From positions 1-24,116 of IMG/VR virus record IMGVR_UViG_3300046103_000089: a stretch of 24,116 nucleotides of DNA; one strand, written 5' to 3'. The DNA comes from a virus. Its lineage: Duplodnaviria; Caudoviricetes. How positions within the stretch are numbered: position 1 is the first letter of the stretch; the number at the start of each line of letters is the position of its first letter. Both the position numbers and the translations under genes were made by a program. The notes below the pieces were generated by a model. That model was not told where the DNA came from and ran no database searches. It saw only the letters and a list, made by a program, of their open reading frames with translations. Shown in pieces: positions 1 through 9,700 of the stretch.

Positions 1-1348
1 TAGTAGCTCCTGTCACGTCTAACGTACCCGCAATATCTATATTAGTATCTAACATAGAACTAACAATAGTGTCGTCACCAATAACCAAATCTATAGTTCC
101 ATCACCGTCTTGGTAAGTAGCCGCAATACCGGTTTCAGTATTTGAGCTGAACATAGCGCCTGCTATGTCTTGTACTTGTTCACTAGTAAGAGCCGCAACT
201 GTAGCGTCAGTTCCCCAAGATATATCTGTACCATCTGATTTAAGAACTTGTCCGTTTGAACCAACCGCTAAAGCAGCAGGGTTACCACTACTATCACCAA
301 CAATTATTTTACCACGGGCAAGGCCAGCCATTTTAGCTAGCGTAACTTGATCATCTGCTATTTTAGCTGTTGTTACATTACCGTCTGTAATGTTTGCTGT
401 TACTACAGCGTTATCTGCTATTTTTGCACCTGTTACTGCGTCTGCAGCAATCTTAGCTGTAGTTATTTGAGCATCTTTTATATGCGCTGTGTCTATAGAT
501 GCATCAATATATTGATCTGAGTCAATTGAATTGACCGCCATCTTAGCTACTGTAACTGCGTCATCAGCTAGTTTAGCTGTACTAACAGAAGCGTCTACAG
601 GAACGTTTACCAGTTGTTGTGTATGTGTAGTAACATCTATAGCCGTACCATTAGCAGGGGCCGTGTCAAATGTAAGTGTCGTACCAGAAGTCGCGTAAGT
701 AGACTTATTCTGGTAAACCCCATCAATGAACACCATAGTGTTATTTTCATACAACGGATCTACAGACATAGTAAATGCTACCGTGCTGCCGTCACCTGCG
801 TATGTATTTAAAGCTAGACTGTCTCCAGATACTGCTGCGCTGACGTGGTATACAATTATTTCTCTTCCATCAGCAGGAGCTGCAGAAAAAGTTAAAGTAG
901 TACCACTAAGGCTGTAAGCACTTTGAGTTTGGAATACACCTTCGATAAAAACAATTAAATCGTTTTCGTTGCTAGGTGTTTTATTTAAAGTAAAGGTAGT
1001 ATCGGAACCATCTCCCTCAAACGCTTGTCTAGTAAAAGAAGATGCAAGCGCTTCATTAACTACGTCTGTTAATAACGCAGAGTTAAGCCTTAACTCAATA
1101 GTATCGCCGGAGCTAAATGCTCTAGCTGACGTATCATCTTGACCTCTTACTATTGTCCAAGTTGTGCCTGATACAGCAGTAACTTTAACAACTTCCAGGT
1201 TCGTCTGATCATCTAAGGTAGCATAGAAATAATGGCTCCCACTTAAGCTAGGGAAGCCAGAACTACTTGCTACACCTAAAGATGTAGCGCTGTTATTTAA
1301 ATCAGCCGAAAGAGTAGTTTTGGCGTTGTTTGTATATAAAGCGCCCAT
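1..1348 (-). CDS. Tail fibre / tail appendage protein, partial (3' end lies beyond the left edge of the window)
   Basis: Not in the ORF track. My translation from ATG at 1348 (GGAG RBS upstream) stays open to the window edge: MGALYTNNAKTTLSADLNNSATSLGVASSSGFPSLSGSHYFYATLDDQTNLEVVKVTAVSGTTWTIVRGQDDTSARAFSSGDTIELRL... It contains two (F/Y)xGDGSxxxFT...VFI(E/D)GVxQ...Y..SGTTLTF..APA.G modules and 10-aa AKIADxxVTT repeats typical of phage fibre proteins. Confidence 0.85.
   Translation of the reverse strand, partial: MGALYTNNAKTTLSADLNNSATSLGVASSSGFPSLSGSHYFYATLDDQTNLEVVKVTAVSGTTWTIVRGQDDTSARAFSSGDTIELRLNSALLTDVVNEALASSFTRQAFEGDGSDTTFTLNKTPSNENDLIVFIEGVFQTQSAYSLSGTTLTFSAAPADGREIIVYHVSAAVSGDSLALNTYAGDGSTVAFTMSVDPLYENNTMVFIDGVYQNKSTYATSGTTLTFDTAPANGTAIDVTTHTQQLVNVPVDASVSTAKLADDAVTVAKMAVNSIDSDQYIDASIDTAHIKDAQITTAKIAADAVTGAKIADNAVVTANITDGNVTTAKIADDQVTLAKMAGLARGKIIVGDSSGNPAALAVGSNGQVLKSDGTDISWGTDATVAALTSEQVQDIAGAMFSSNTETGIAATYQDGDGTIDLVIGDDTIVSSMLDTNIDIAGTLDVTGAT
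326..595 (-). repeat. Nine tandem 10-aa (30-nt) repeats in the tail fibre shaft
   Basis: DASVSTAKLA DDAVTVAKMA VNSIDSDQYI DASIDTAHIK DAQITTAKIA ADAVTGAKIA DNAVVTANIT DGNVTTAKIA DDQVTLAKMA. Confidence 0.85.
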
Positions 1349-1363
1349 ACCTTACTCCGATTT

Positions 1364-1804
1364 TTAACTAACAGTTACAGTCCAAGTTATAGTCATTGTG
1401 TCTGCTGAGCCTTTATTGACTACATCAAACTCTGTTCTACATAACATAGTACCACCAGAACTAGCATTAAAAATACCAGCTTCTGTTAAAGCACCAGTAC
1501 CAACACCTGCTCCAAAAGCAGTTACATAAGTAACTACCGCGCCTGATACAGCTGCGCTAGTAGTGAACGCTGTTCTACTACTACTTACTACTGATTCTAA
1601 AGCTGTGTTACCTGCTGCTGGGTTAGTGGTTCCTGTTCCAACTTCCATATGACTCATGACACCAACACTGGTACCAATCATTCTGGCGGCAACAAAAACT
1701 TTACCCGCAGTAACTACTAAATTCGGGATGTCACGCACAAGTTTGTCGTTCAGACAAATCTGTAAGTGCCCCGTTATTTCTAGTTGTTCATTTACATTTG
1801 ACAT
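1364..1804 (-). CDS. Virion structural protein, tail-collar/baseplate-associated-like
   Basis: 146 aa, beta-rich, with NLVVTAG...VGTGTT.P...T.L...ALTEAGIFNASSGGTMLCR...TITWTVT, a pattern seen in proteins encoded next to fibre genes; AGAGGA RBS upstream. Confidence 0.65.
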   Translation of the reverse strand: MSNVNEQLEITGHLQICLNDKLVRDIPNLVVTAGKVFVAARMIGTSVGVMSHMEVGTGTTNPAAGNTALESVVSSSRTAFTTSAAVSGAVVTYVTAFGAGVGTGALTEAGIFNASSGGTMLCRTEFDVVNKGSADTMTITWTVTVS

Positions 1805-1826
1805 TATTTTTCCTCTTTAATTATAA

Positions 1827-2735
1827 TTAAGAATTCAAAGTAACTACGTTTAATCCAGACTGATTAAGCTTGGCGCCTTTACCTATTATTAATTCTACCA
1901 ATATTGACTCAGAAATCGTAGCACTATCTGCAAAAGATGTGCTAAAACTTTTTGTCGGGGCATCTGACATTGTTGGCGTTTCAGTAAGAGCCTTACTAAA
2001 CGCTACAGCAGTAGCTTCTGACATTGAAAAAGAATCTGCAAGTGTGTCTACCCAACTCATAGCATAAGCTAAAGAATCAGATACACCTACAACATTATTT
2101 TTATTTAGACCTGTAGCAGTGCTAAGGTCATCTGATGCACTTGCTGAGTCGTCAAGCGCATAAGAATCCGAAATTGCCCTTACATACGTTACTACACGAG
2201 CCAAAGACTCTGAGATTGTAGGTGTGTCTGAAGGGTTTTTACCAAAATTAAGTACTTCTACATCTGTTGCAGAAACAGAGTCTGAAGGTTTTTTACCAAA
2301 GTTAAATATATCAACATCTGATATAGAGACTGATTCAACAAATACTTTCCCAGGATTTAAAGAAGGAGCGTCTGCTACAGAAGGGGTTTCAGTAAGATTT
2401 TTTCCTATATTTAATATATCAACGTCTGCTAAAGAAGGGGTTTCTGTAAATCCTTTGTTTACACTTTTACCTACAACTTCTGTTAATTGAAAAGCTTCTT
2501 GTAGTAATTTAGTATTAGAAAGAGCCTGTGCATCAGCAAATGTAATTCTTGCTCTGTAATTGCTAGTGCCTGTATCAAATAAATCTGAGTCTGCTAACCA
2601 CCATTGGTTAATACTATAAGCGTCTATAAGTATGTCAGCGGCTGACAAATTTACATAGTTAACTATAGAGGCTAGTTTTACTTCACTAACTACTACTGTT
2701 AATTTTACAAAACTTATTACCGCTTTAAAAGCCAT
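1827..2735 (-). CDS. Putative structural fibre/spike protein with 18-aa repeats
   Basis: 302 aa, Ser/Thr/Asp-rich, periodic repeats, located in the tail module. Confidence 0.6.
   Translation of the reverse strand: MAFKAVISFVKLTVVVSEVKLASIVNYVNLSAADILIDAYSINQWWLADSDLFDTGTSNYRARITFADAQALSNTKLLQEAFQLTEVVGKSVNKGFTETPSLADVDILNIGKNLTETPSVADAPSLNPGKVFVESVSISDVDIFNFGKKPSDSVSATDVEVLNFGKNPSDTPTISESLARVVTYVRAISDSYALDDSASASDDLSTATGLNKNNVVGVSDSLAYAMSWVDTLADSFSMSEATAVAFSKALTETPTMSDAPTKSFSTSFADSATISESILVELIIGKGAKLNQSGLNVVTLNS
2187..2510 (-). repeat. About six tandem 18-aa (54-nt) repeats
   Basis: KLLQEAFQLTEVVGKSVN / KGFTETPSLADVDILNIG / KNLTETPSVADAPSLNPG / KVFVESVSISDVDIFNFG / KKPSDSVSATDVEVLNFG / KNPSDTPTISESLARVVT; looser copies recur near the C-terminus. 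Confidence 0.8.
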
Positions 2736-3035
2736 TTAGCACTTCCACCTTTTACGAGCCTGTCTTAGCCTAGAATTAGGATTTTTTGCAGCTTTAGGAA
2801 ATTTCTTCATTTGACCTGCTGATCTTGCGCAATAAGACTTTCTTCTTTTTGCAGCTTTACTACCTTTTTTAACTTTACCTGTAACTGCTGTTTTTAATTT
2901 AGATCCAGGGTTAGCTCTATTATGCGCAGCAACACCTTTAGCTGTCATCCCTGCACCAGATTTAGTTTTACGATAATTAGCCCCTTTACCCTTAGTAGTT
3001 TTTCGTATTGGGGTCTCTCTTTTTCTTGCTGGCAT
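2736..3035 (-). CDS. Small basic conserved phage protein (resembles the DUF6321-type family)
   Basis: 99 aa, K/R-rich, GAGMTAKG...NPGSKLKTAVTG...RRKSYCARSAG...NSRLRQARKRWKC; family name recalled from memory, not searched. Confidence 0.75.
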   Translation of the reverse strand: MPARKRETPIRKTTKGKGANYRKTKSGAGMTAKGVAAHNRANPGSKLKTAVTGKVKKGSKAAKRRKSYCARSAGQMKKFPKAAKNPNSRLRQARKRWKC

Positions 3036-3205
3036 TATTTTTTAGTTTTTAATTTTGCTTTTTTACTTAGGTTTTTAAAATGAAATAACTTTTGGCTGGT
3101 CTTACCATGAGTTTTACCTGAGTGTAAATCTCCATTAGGCATTTTATGTGAGCCACCCTTATATTCAGTCCCGTCTCGTTTGTAATGTTTCATGCCTTTA
3201 GCCAT
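3035..3205 (-). CDS. Small Lys/His-rich protein, 56 aa (not in ORF track)
   Basis: MAKGMKHYKRDGTEYKGGSHKMPNGDLHSGKTHGKTSQKLFHFKNLSKKAKLKTKK*; exactly fills the gap, with TAATG stop/start overlaps at both 3205 and 3035. Confidence 0.8.
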   Translation of the reverse strand: MAKGMKHYKRDGTEYKGGSHKMPNGDLHSGKTHGKTSQKLFHFKNLSKKAKLKTKK

Positions 3206-3360
3206 TATTTTTTCCTTTTCTTTGCTGTTTTTTCAGACTTTTTAAAAGCTTTAGCGGTGGGGGCGCCTTTTGACCCAGGCTTCCTCATCTTCTCTTTAGA
3301 GCCTTTTTTAATTCTTTCTTTTTTTGCGTGTATGTTTGCGTATAAACCTTTCTTAGTCAA
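3205..3360 (-). CDS. Small Lys-rich protein, 51 aa (not in ORF track)
   Basis: TTG start at 3360 preceded by GAGGA; MTKKGLYANIHAKKERIKKGSKEKMRKPGSKGAPTAKAFKKSEKTAKKRKK*; stop overlaps the next ATG (TAATG). Confidence 0.8.
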   Translation of the reverse strand: MTKKGLYANIHAKKERIKKGSKEKMRKPGSKGAPTAKAFKKSEKTAKKRKK

Positions 3361-3727
3361 AGTCGTTCCTCACTATAAATTTAATTAAATCTTGCACTGT
3401 TTGTACTTTACCCGAGCTAGTTGTAAATTCAATTTCTCCTTCATACGTGCCCGCAGTAGGAAATGCTGCAGTACTAAATGAAGCTATACATGTACCGCCA
3501 CTGCCACTACTTATACTACAAGCCACTGTTTGAGTTATTGTAGAAGCTCCTACCTCTCTAATTCTAAGTTTTACAGCACCATTAGTTATAGCTACTGCTC
3601 CCCATGTACCTGAATCTTCTTCATCTAAAGTTTTACCTGAAGCTGCAGCATTGCTGTCTTTTAAAGAAAAATTTAACTCTGGGAATGTATCCCCGACTAC
3701 TAATTTTATTGTTGATGAATATGCCAT
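3353..3727 (-). CDS. BppU N-terminal-like (baseplate upper / Ig-like) structural protein
   Basis: 124 aa with IKLVVGDT.P.L.F.LKD...AGTYEGEIEFT..SGKVQTV...IKFIVR, typical of BppU_N-like adaptor domains; AGGA RBS upstream. Confidence 0.6.
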   Translation of the reverse strand: MAYSSTIKLVVGDTFPELNFSLKDSNAAASGKTLDEEDSGTWGAVAITNGAVKLRIREVGASTITQTVACSISSGSGGTCIASFSTAAFPTAGTYEGEIEFTTSSGKVQTVQDLIKFIVRNDFD

Positions 3728-3746
3728 ATTTTTTTCCTAATTAAAA

Positions 3747-6700
3747 TTATCTGAAACCTGCTCCTACTCCCCCAACTGAACTATATAAAGGTACGCTCCT
3801 ATCAATAATACCAGCAAACCCTTCATCAAGAAAATCTTCTATTTTTTCTGCGGTGGGCCCAAAAGGTGGAACTATAAAAGAATCGCCAAACTTTTCAGCT
3901 TCTATCATCGGCATTAGCATAGTCCAAGGTCCAAACACTCCTGACCTATCAAATATTTCAATAATATACGAAGGCCAATCCATATTATCCGTTCTATACA
4001 TTCTACTTCCACCGCCAGTAAAAGGTAAGGCTTTAGCTAATAAATCTTTAGATAGTTCTCTTAGCTCTAAACCAACCATAGTTAAAGGTAATAAAGTTAA
4101 CCCGCCTAAAGCTAATAAAGTAGCTGGGCCCCCTATACCTTCACCATTGTTCCATCTAGTTTGTCCTTCTCGAAGAGCCCCTCCTACTACGTTTTTACCG
4201 TAAGCATAAAAGAAACTTTTTAATTGCCATACTAGTTGTAACCTAGGGTCATTTACCCACGTAGGTCTTTCAGCAGCGTTTGGTCTAACTATAGACTCTT
4301 CTACAAACTGAGCCATAGCCATTTTTACTCTTTGACCCCTATCACCTTCAAACATAAACTTACCAGTAGCAGGGTCTGTACTATTTAATATATCTGCCCT
4401 AGAAACGTTAAGTTCGGCTAAATATCTAGTTGAGGTATCGGTTTTACTATTAGCGTGTTTCATTAAAAACTGTTCCGCCATGCCGGTAGCAAATACTCTA
4501 GTAAACTGTGTGTACCACTCTAAGCCTGTATATTTAAAGAACCCTTCAGCTATTTTTCTTGAGCCCTCATTCATAGCTTCTAACTCTGCACCATTTATAT
4601 ACATAGTCTCCATACTTTGCCTAGCCACTACTCCTATTTCATTTGCTAGCGCTCTTAATTCTGCAGGGTCTTTTATGGCTTTAACTATAGTTCTAACAGC
4701 AGGCATTAACGCCCCAAAATCTTTTGATCTTAGTACTGGCCCAGCTAAATCTGGTAGGGAAGCTAAAGTAGCAAAAGTTAATAAAGTTATAATATTCCAT
4801 GTTAATACCGCGCTCTGGGCGTTTTTAAACCACGGGTGCAATATTCTATCGCTTTTACCTAATAGAGCCATTACTGTTTCCTCCGCACGCGCTCTATCTA
4901 CCGGGTCTTTTATTAAATTAAGAGCCGTTTGTACTTTTTCGGTGCCCCCTCTTCTTTCAAACTCTGTTCTTTTTATAGCGCTGTCAAAGTACTTTCTAAT
5001 AGCGTGTTCTGGGGCTATTAATAATCCACCTTCTCGTAAAATTTTTGTTGGTATTTTTCTTAAAGTACGCTCTCTAGAAGAAGGCATACCTAATTTATAA
5101 GGATTTCCTACATCTGCTTTAGTTGAAGAAAGACCTTCAATAGACCCCCCATCGCCGTCAGCTATTATAGCGTCTACAGATGCTCTTGCTGATTTTTCAG
5201 ACATATCATTATATTTTACTAAAGCTTTAACTAAATTTTCTTTAGCTACAGGGTTATCGCGTATTTCTTGTACATTAATCTGCCTAGTAAAATAGCTTAT
5301 CTTGTCCCCATTAGCGTCTTCATCAAACAACTCTTTAAAAGATAAGTCAGTACGCCCAGTTTCTTCTACCATTCGGTCTAAGTAATTACGTTTAAAATTA
5401 GTTAATACTTGTCTTGCGGCTTTAGCTTTAGGACTTAATTTATTATCAGGTATGGTGTTGTCTTCTGCCTCTAATAAAATAGCTCGAGCAGAATCTGTTA
5501 TAGTTTTATCTTTAGTTGTAAGGCCTATAGCAGTGGCCATTTCTCCAACAAACTGGTTTACTAGTGGGTTTCTTATATTTAAATACCCCCTACCGGTTTT
5601 TGAAATAGTCTGACTTTGTTGATAAAACATACCCCTAAGAATACTACCCCCTCGTCCTAAAGTGCCTAAATAATTATCAGCTGCGTAAGTAATAAACTCT
5701 ACCCCTTTTTTATTAGACAAGCTTAATATTTTTTTTGCTGACTCTCTTACTTTTATAGCTACTTTTTTACTTAATCCTGCTGCTTTTGCTAATCGCATAG
5801 AATCATCAGCCATGTCTGCAACATAGGCATCTTCTATATAACTAGGAGGAGCATACTTAGTATTAAACTCTGTTCTAGTAGAAGTTTTGTACGCCTCTGT
5901 AACAGTATTTATGTATTCACTAAACACCGGATTAGTTTTAAAACGTTGTTTAATATGGTTAGATACATTTCTAAATAAGGATTTAATTTTATTAAACACC
6001 TGTTTAAAGTGACCATTAACAAAAACTCGGTTAGGGGCATTTGAAGCCACATCAGTAGCTGCATCTGCTAATAACCTCGTACCTACTTGATCCGCATACC
6101 ATTCATCAAAACCCTCATTAAAATTATAAGCGTCATACACCCCCGACTTTCTGTCTTCTGTGTAGGCTTCTATTAATTTTGTTCTTAATGTAGGATTAGC
6201 AAGAGACCTGCCGCGTTCATTAAGAAAAATAACATGGCCCATTTCATGGGCTAAAGTTAAATATGACTCTAGAGAAGAAGCAGCGTTTCTTTTGCCTTTT
6301 GGGGAAACCTTAACAAAAATAAAATCTGTATTCCCTATACTAACTATACGGCCTTTTTTATTAGGGTTATTACGCCATTCTTTTGCTTTAGCATTTACTA
6401 TTTCTGCAGTTTCTTTGGGTAACAAACTGGTTATTTTTTGTAAAGCGCTAGCGTTTTGATCCATTATATAAACGTCTCTATGCAGCCCGAAAAAATTTCT
6501 TTTTGAAAAATTAATAAATAGATCTTTTATTCCCGGCAAAGCTTTATTTAAACTGGCTGATACATGGACGTTAGCAGGGCGGGCCTGTTTGCCTTTTTTT
6601 GTTCTTAAAGGTGTTCTTTTATCTTTAGGCGTAAATTTAACAAATAAAGGAAAACCATCCTTATCTTTTAACACTCTACCGTCTAAATCTTCTCTAACCT

Positions 6701-9700
6701 TTGTTTCTCTTACGGTCACATTTTCATCTAAAGCTGCATTTATTGCATCGGTTGATGGGTCTATACTTTGTTCAGGGCCTCTTAGCTCTAATCTTTCTTC
6801 GGCTGTAGCATTTTCTTTTCTAAGTTCTTTTGCGTTTTCTATCTCTCGGTTCTCAGCGGCTACATCCGTAAACGCCATACCTTTTTTAGTAGGAATAAAC
6901 CCTTTCTTTTTTCTAGCTTGAAATCTTGCAACCTCTTCAAACACATTTATTGGCCCCCTTGAAGCTGTATAGGGGTCAAGCTGCGCCTCGTTAGTTCTAT
7001 ACTGCAAGACTTGAGGGGTTCTTATTTCTGGAGATTCCATTTGGCCCGACGTTCTATTTTCGTCCCTTGAAAGATCGTTAGGATCAAAAACACTTGGAGC
7101 AACCCTTCTATTTTTTTGTCTTCCAGACTCAGTAAATTGTAATTTACCTTCTTCATTTCTAACAGGTTCTGATACAGAATCTGTTTCATAAAGTTCACTT
7201 GTTGGGTCCCCATCTTTAGTTTCTTGGTTGTTAGTACCTAATAAATCTTTTACTGTTTTAATTTGCCCATCTTGACTATACGCAGGGGCGTTAGAAATTT
7301 CTTGAGAGCCTCCAGGGGTGTATGTAATTTCACCTGTTTTAGAGTCTACTATTTCGTTTACTAGTGTCTTACCGTTGTATTGAAGGTCATAATTAACCGC
7401 TACCTCTCCTAGAATTGTGGTTAACCCGTCCCTTGCCGTTCTAAGGTCCCCAGATTGCTGGTCTACTCGTTCTTTTTTAGCGTTTATATTTCTGCCTACA
7501 TTAGTAAGATGAACCATACTTACGTATGTAACTTCTTTAGTATCTTTGTCTATTAGACCCCAACCTTTTTTAAGTTCCACATTTATTTTTTCAGTGTTGC
7601 TGCCTACTTTTAGTACAGCTTGTGCTCTAGCTAACTGCTTAGCCTCCTTTACACCTTCTTCTGCTAAAAGAGCAGAAGACTTACCTTGAGCCCCCGGTAT
7701 AGTTTGTGTAGCTATAATATAACCCAGCGCTCCTTCTCTTATGGTTAACTGCAAGCCTTCGTTCTCTCTACTAATTTTATTAAACTTTCTTATAAAACTT
7801 TGAGGTAACTTTTCTTTTATTTCTGGCGCTAAGTCTATTTCGCCAAGTTCTAGTTCTCTATTAAATTGTTCTACGTCTTTTTGTTTAGGGGTATCATTGG
7901 CAAAAGTTCCTCTAGGTTTTGCTTCAAAAACAGTGCCATCTTCATTCCTTACAAAATCAGTTTTACCTTTAATTTGAAAATCACTTTGGGCGGTATTATC
8001 ATCACCTTCATAAGCGTCTTTTTCTGCCCTACCAAATATTTCCTCATTAGCTACAGCTGTAGCTTCTTTAGGGGATCCTAACGCTCCTAACGACCCCGCT
8101 TCTTCTGCTTCTGCAAACTCTTGATCCCGTATGTCTTGTTTCTCTCCCTTTGTAAGTTTTTGGCCTCTTTGAGATAAAGCGCTTCTTGATTTTTTCTCCC
8201 CTTTTTTTAACCTAGTAATCTCTAAGTTTCTATCGTAAACAGCGTCTTCTTTTGTTAAATGGGTAATAGAATAGTTAGGGTTATCTTTACCATACTTTGT
8301 TTCCATAGCAGCTAAAGCTGCGTCCCTACCTTGCAAGTCAATAGACTCTTCATCTATAACAATACCATCTTTATTAACTACTCGTACTACAAACCCATCG
8401 CCAGCTTGTTGTAATCTACTATAGCCTAAAGTTGTTTTTAACATACCTTCAACGGCTTCTTGATTATTGGGGTCTACCAATTGAGCAAGAGTAGCTGTGT
8501 CAGAGTCATTTGTATAAAGAATACCTTGACCTGGAATATCAATTTTGTACCTTGTTTGTTGTACGTCTTCTTCTATAAAGTTTTTTCTATCTGATTCACT
8601 AACCCACACTGCATTTTTACCATTATCATTTTTGTGCATGGTTTCAAACTGTGCTTTAAGACGCGTTTGACCTTCTTGTACTGGACCAGACGTTGTTGCT
8701 TCGCCACTACCCGCTCGCCTTTTTCTTTCTAATTTTATTGCGTTTAAATCTAATAACGCTACGTTAAGATTACCCGACGCATTTGATAAATTTTTTGAAT
8801 CCCTAAGACTTTCTTCAGCAAATGTTATAGCCACATCCAGTTCTTCGTCACTTAACTGCTTTACAGGTTTATTCTGGTTGGGGCCTATTTTAATTTTATA
8901 CTCTGGACTATTTACATTATTTAATACAGCCGATGGGGCTCCTTCAACAAGAACTTCTTTACCTTGTTGATCTATAACTTTTGCACTTTTTCCAGATTCA
9001 GAGACAGCAGTAACTTTAGCTTTATAAGGATTACCAAGCGCATCATACATATCTATTTCATCACCAACCTTTACACCTTCTGGTATAACAACATCTTCTA
9101 AAAAGTCTGAAACACCATCAGCATCTTCAAACTGTAGCCCCTTTTCTTCCATACTTGCTAATGTATCAGCGCTATATTGAGCACCTTTTACAGCCATGTC
9201 TCTAGCCATACCAATAACACCAGCTGCCGCACCACCGACTCCACCTCTTGCACCACCAGCAAAGAACCCCGCCCAAGCACCTTCGGCTACCCGCATAATA
9301 GCTTCTTGCTTTGTAAATTCAGGGTCTATATTTAGACGCTGCATAGCTTGTAGTCCTTCTTGAGCCCCTTCTGTAAGACTTTCTACACCCGCACTGGTTG
9401 CTGTAATTTTTACTACGTCTCTTACTAATTGAGATGCTGCTGACCTTGAAGCGGCTGTTCCACTCTGAGATACTGCTTCACGTAACGCGGTACGCCCTAT
9501 TGCACCTGCAAAACTAACTTCTGATAGGGTGCCTAATAAAGCTTGAGGCACACCTAGCACTAATGCTGTTGCTGCTTCTTCTGCTGTTAATTTATACCCC
9601 GCTTCTTGATATTCTCCTAAAGCTTGAGAGGACCCTATTAAATACTCTTGGCCAAATGCCCCAGCTATAGCCCCTACCTTAGCCCCTTTCATAAGGTCTA

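Noticed and set aside
165-917. Three short plus-strand ORFs (165-350, 614-811, 726-917)
   Set aside because: They are antisense shadows of the tail fibre gene, with no RBS or recognisable motifs.
3185-3388. Plus-strand 67-aa Phe-rich ORF that looks like a membrane protein or holin
   Set aside because: Its Phe/Leu richness is simply the reverse complement of Lys codons in the real minus-strand micro-genes.
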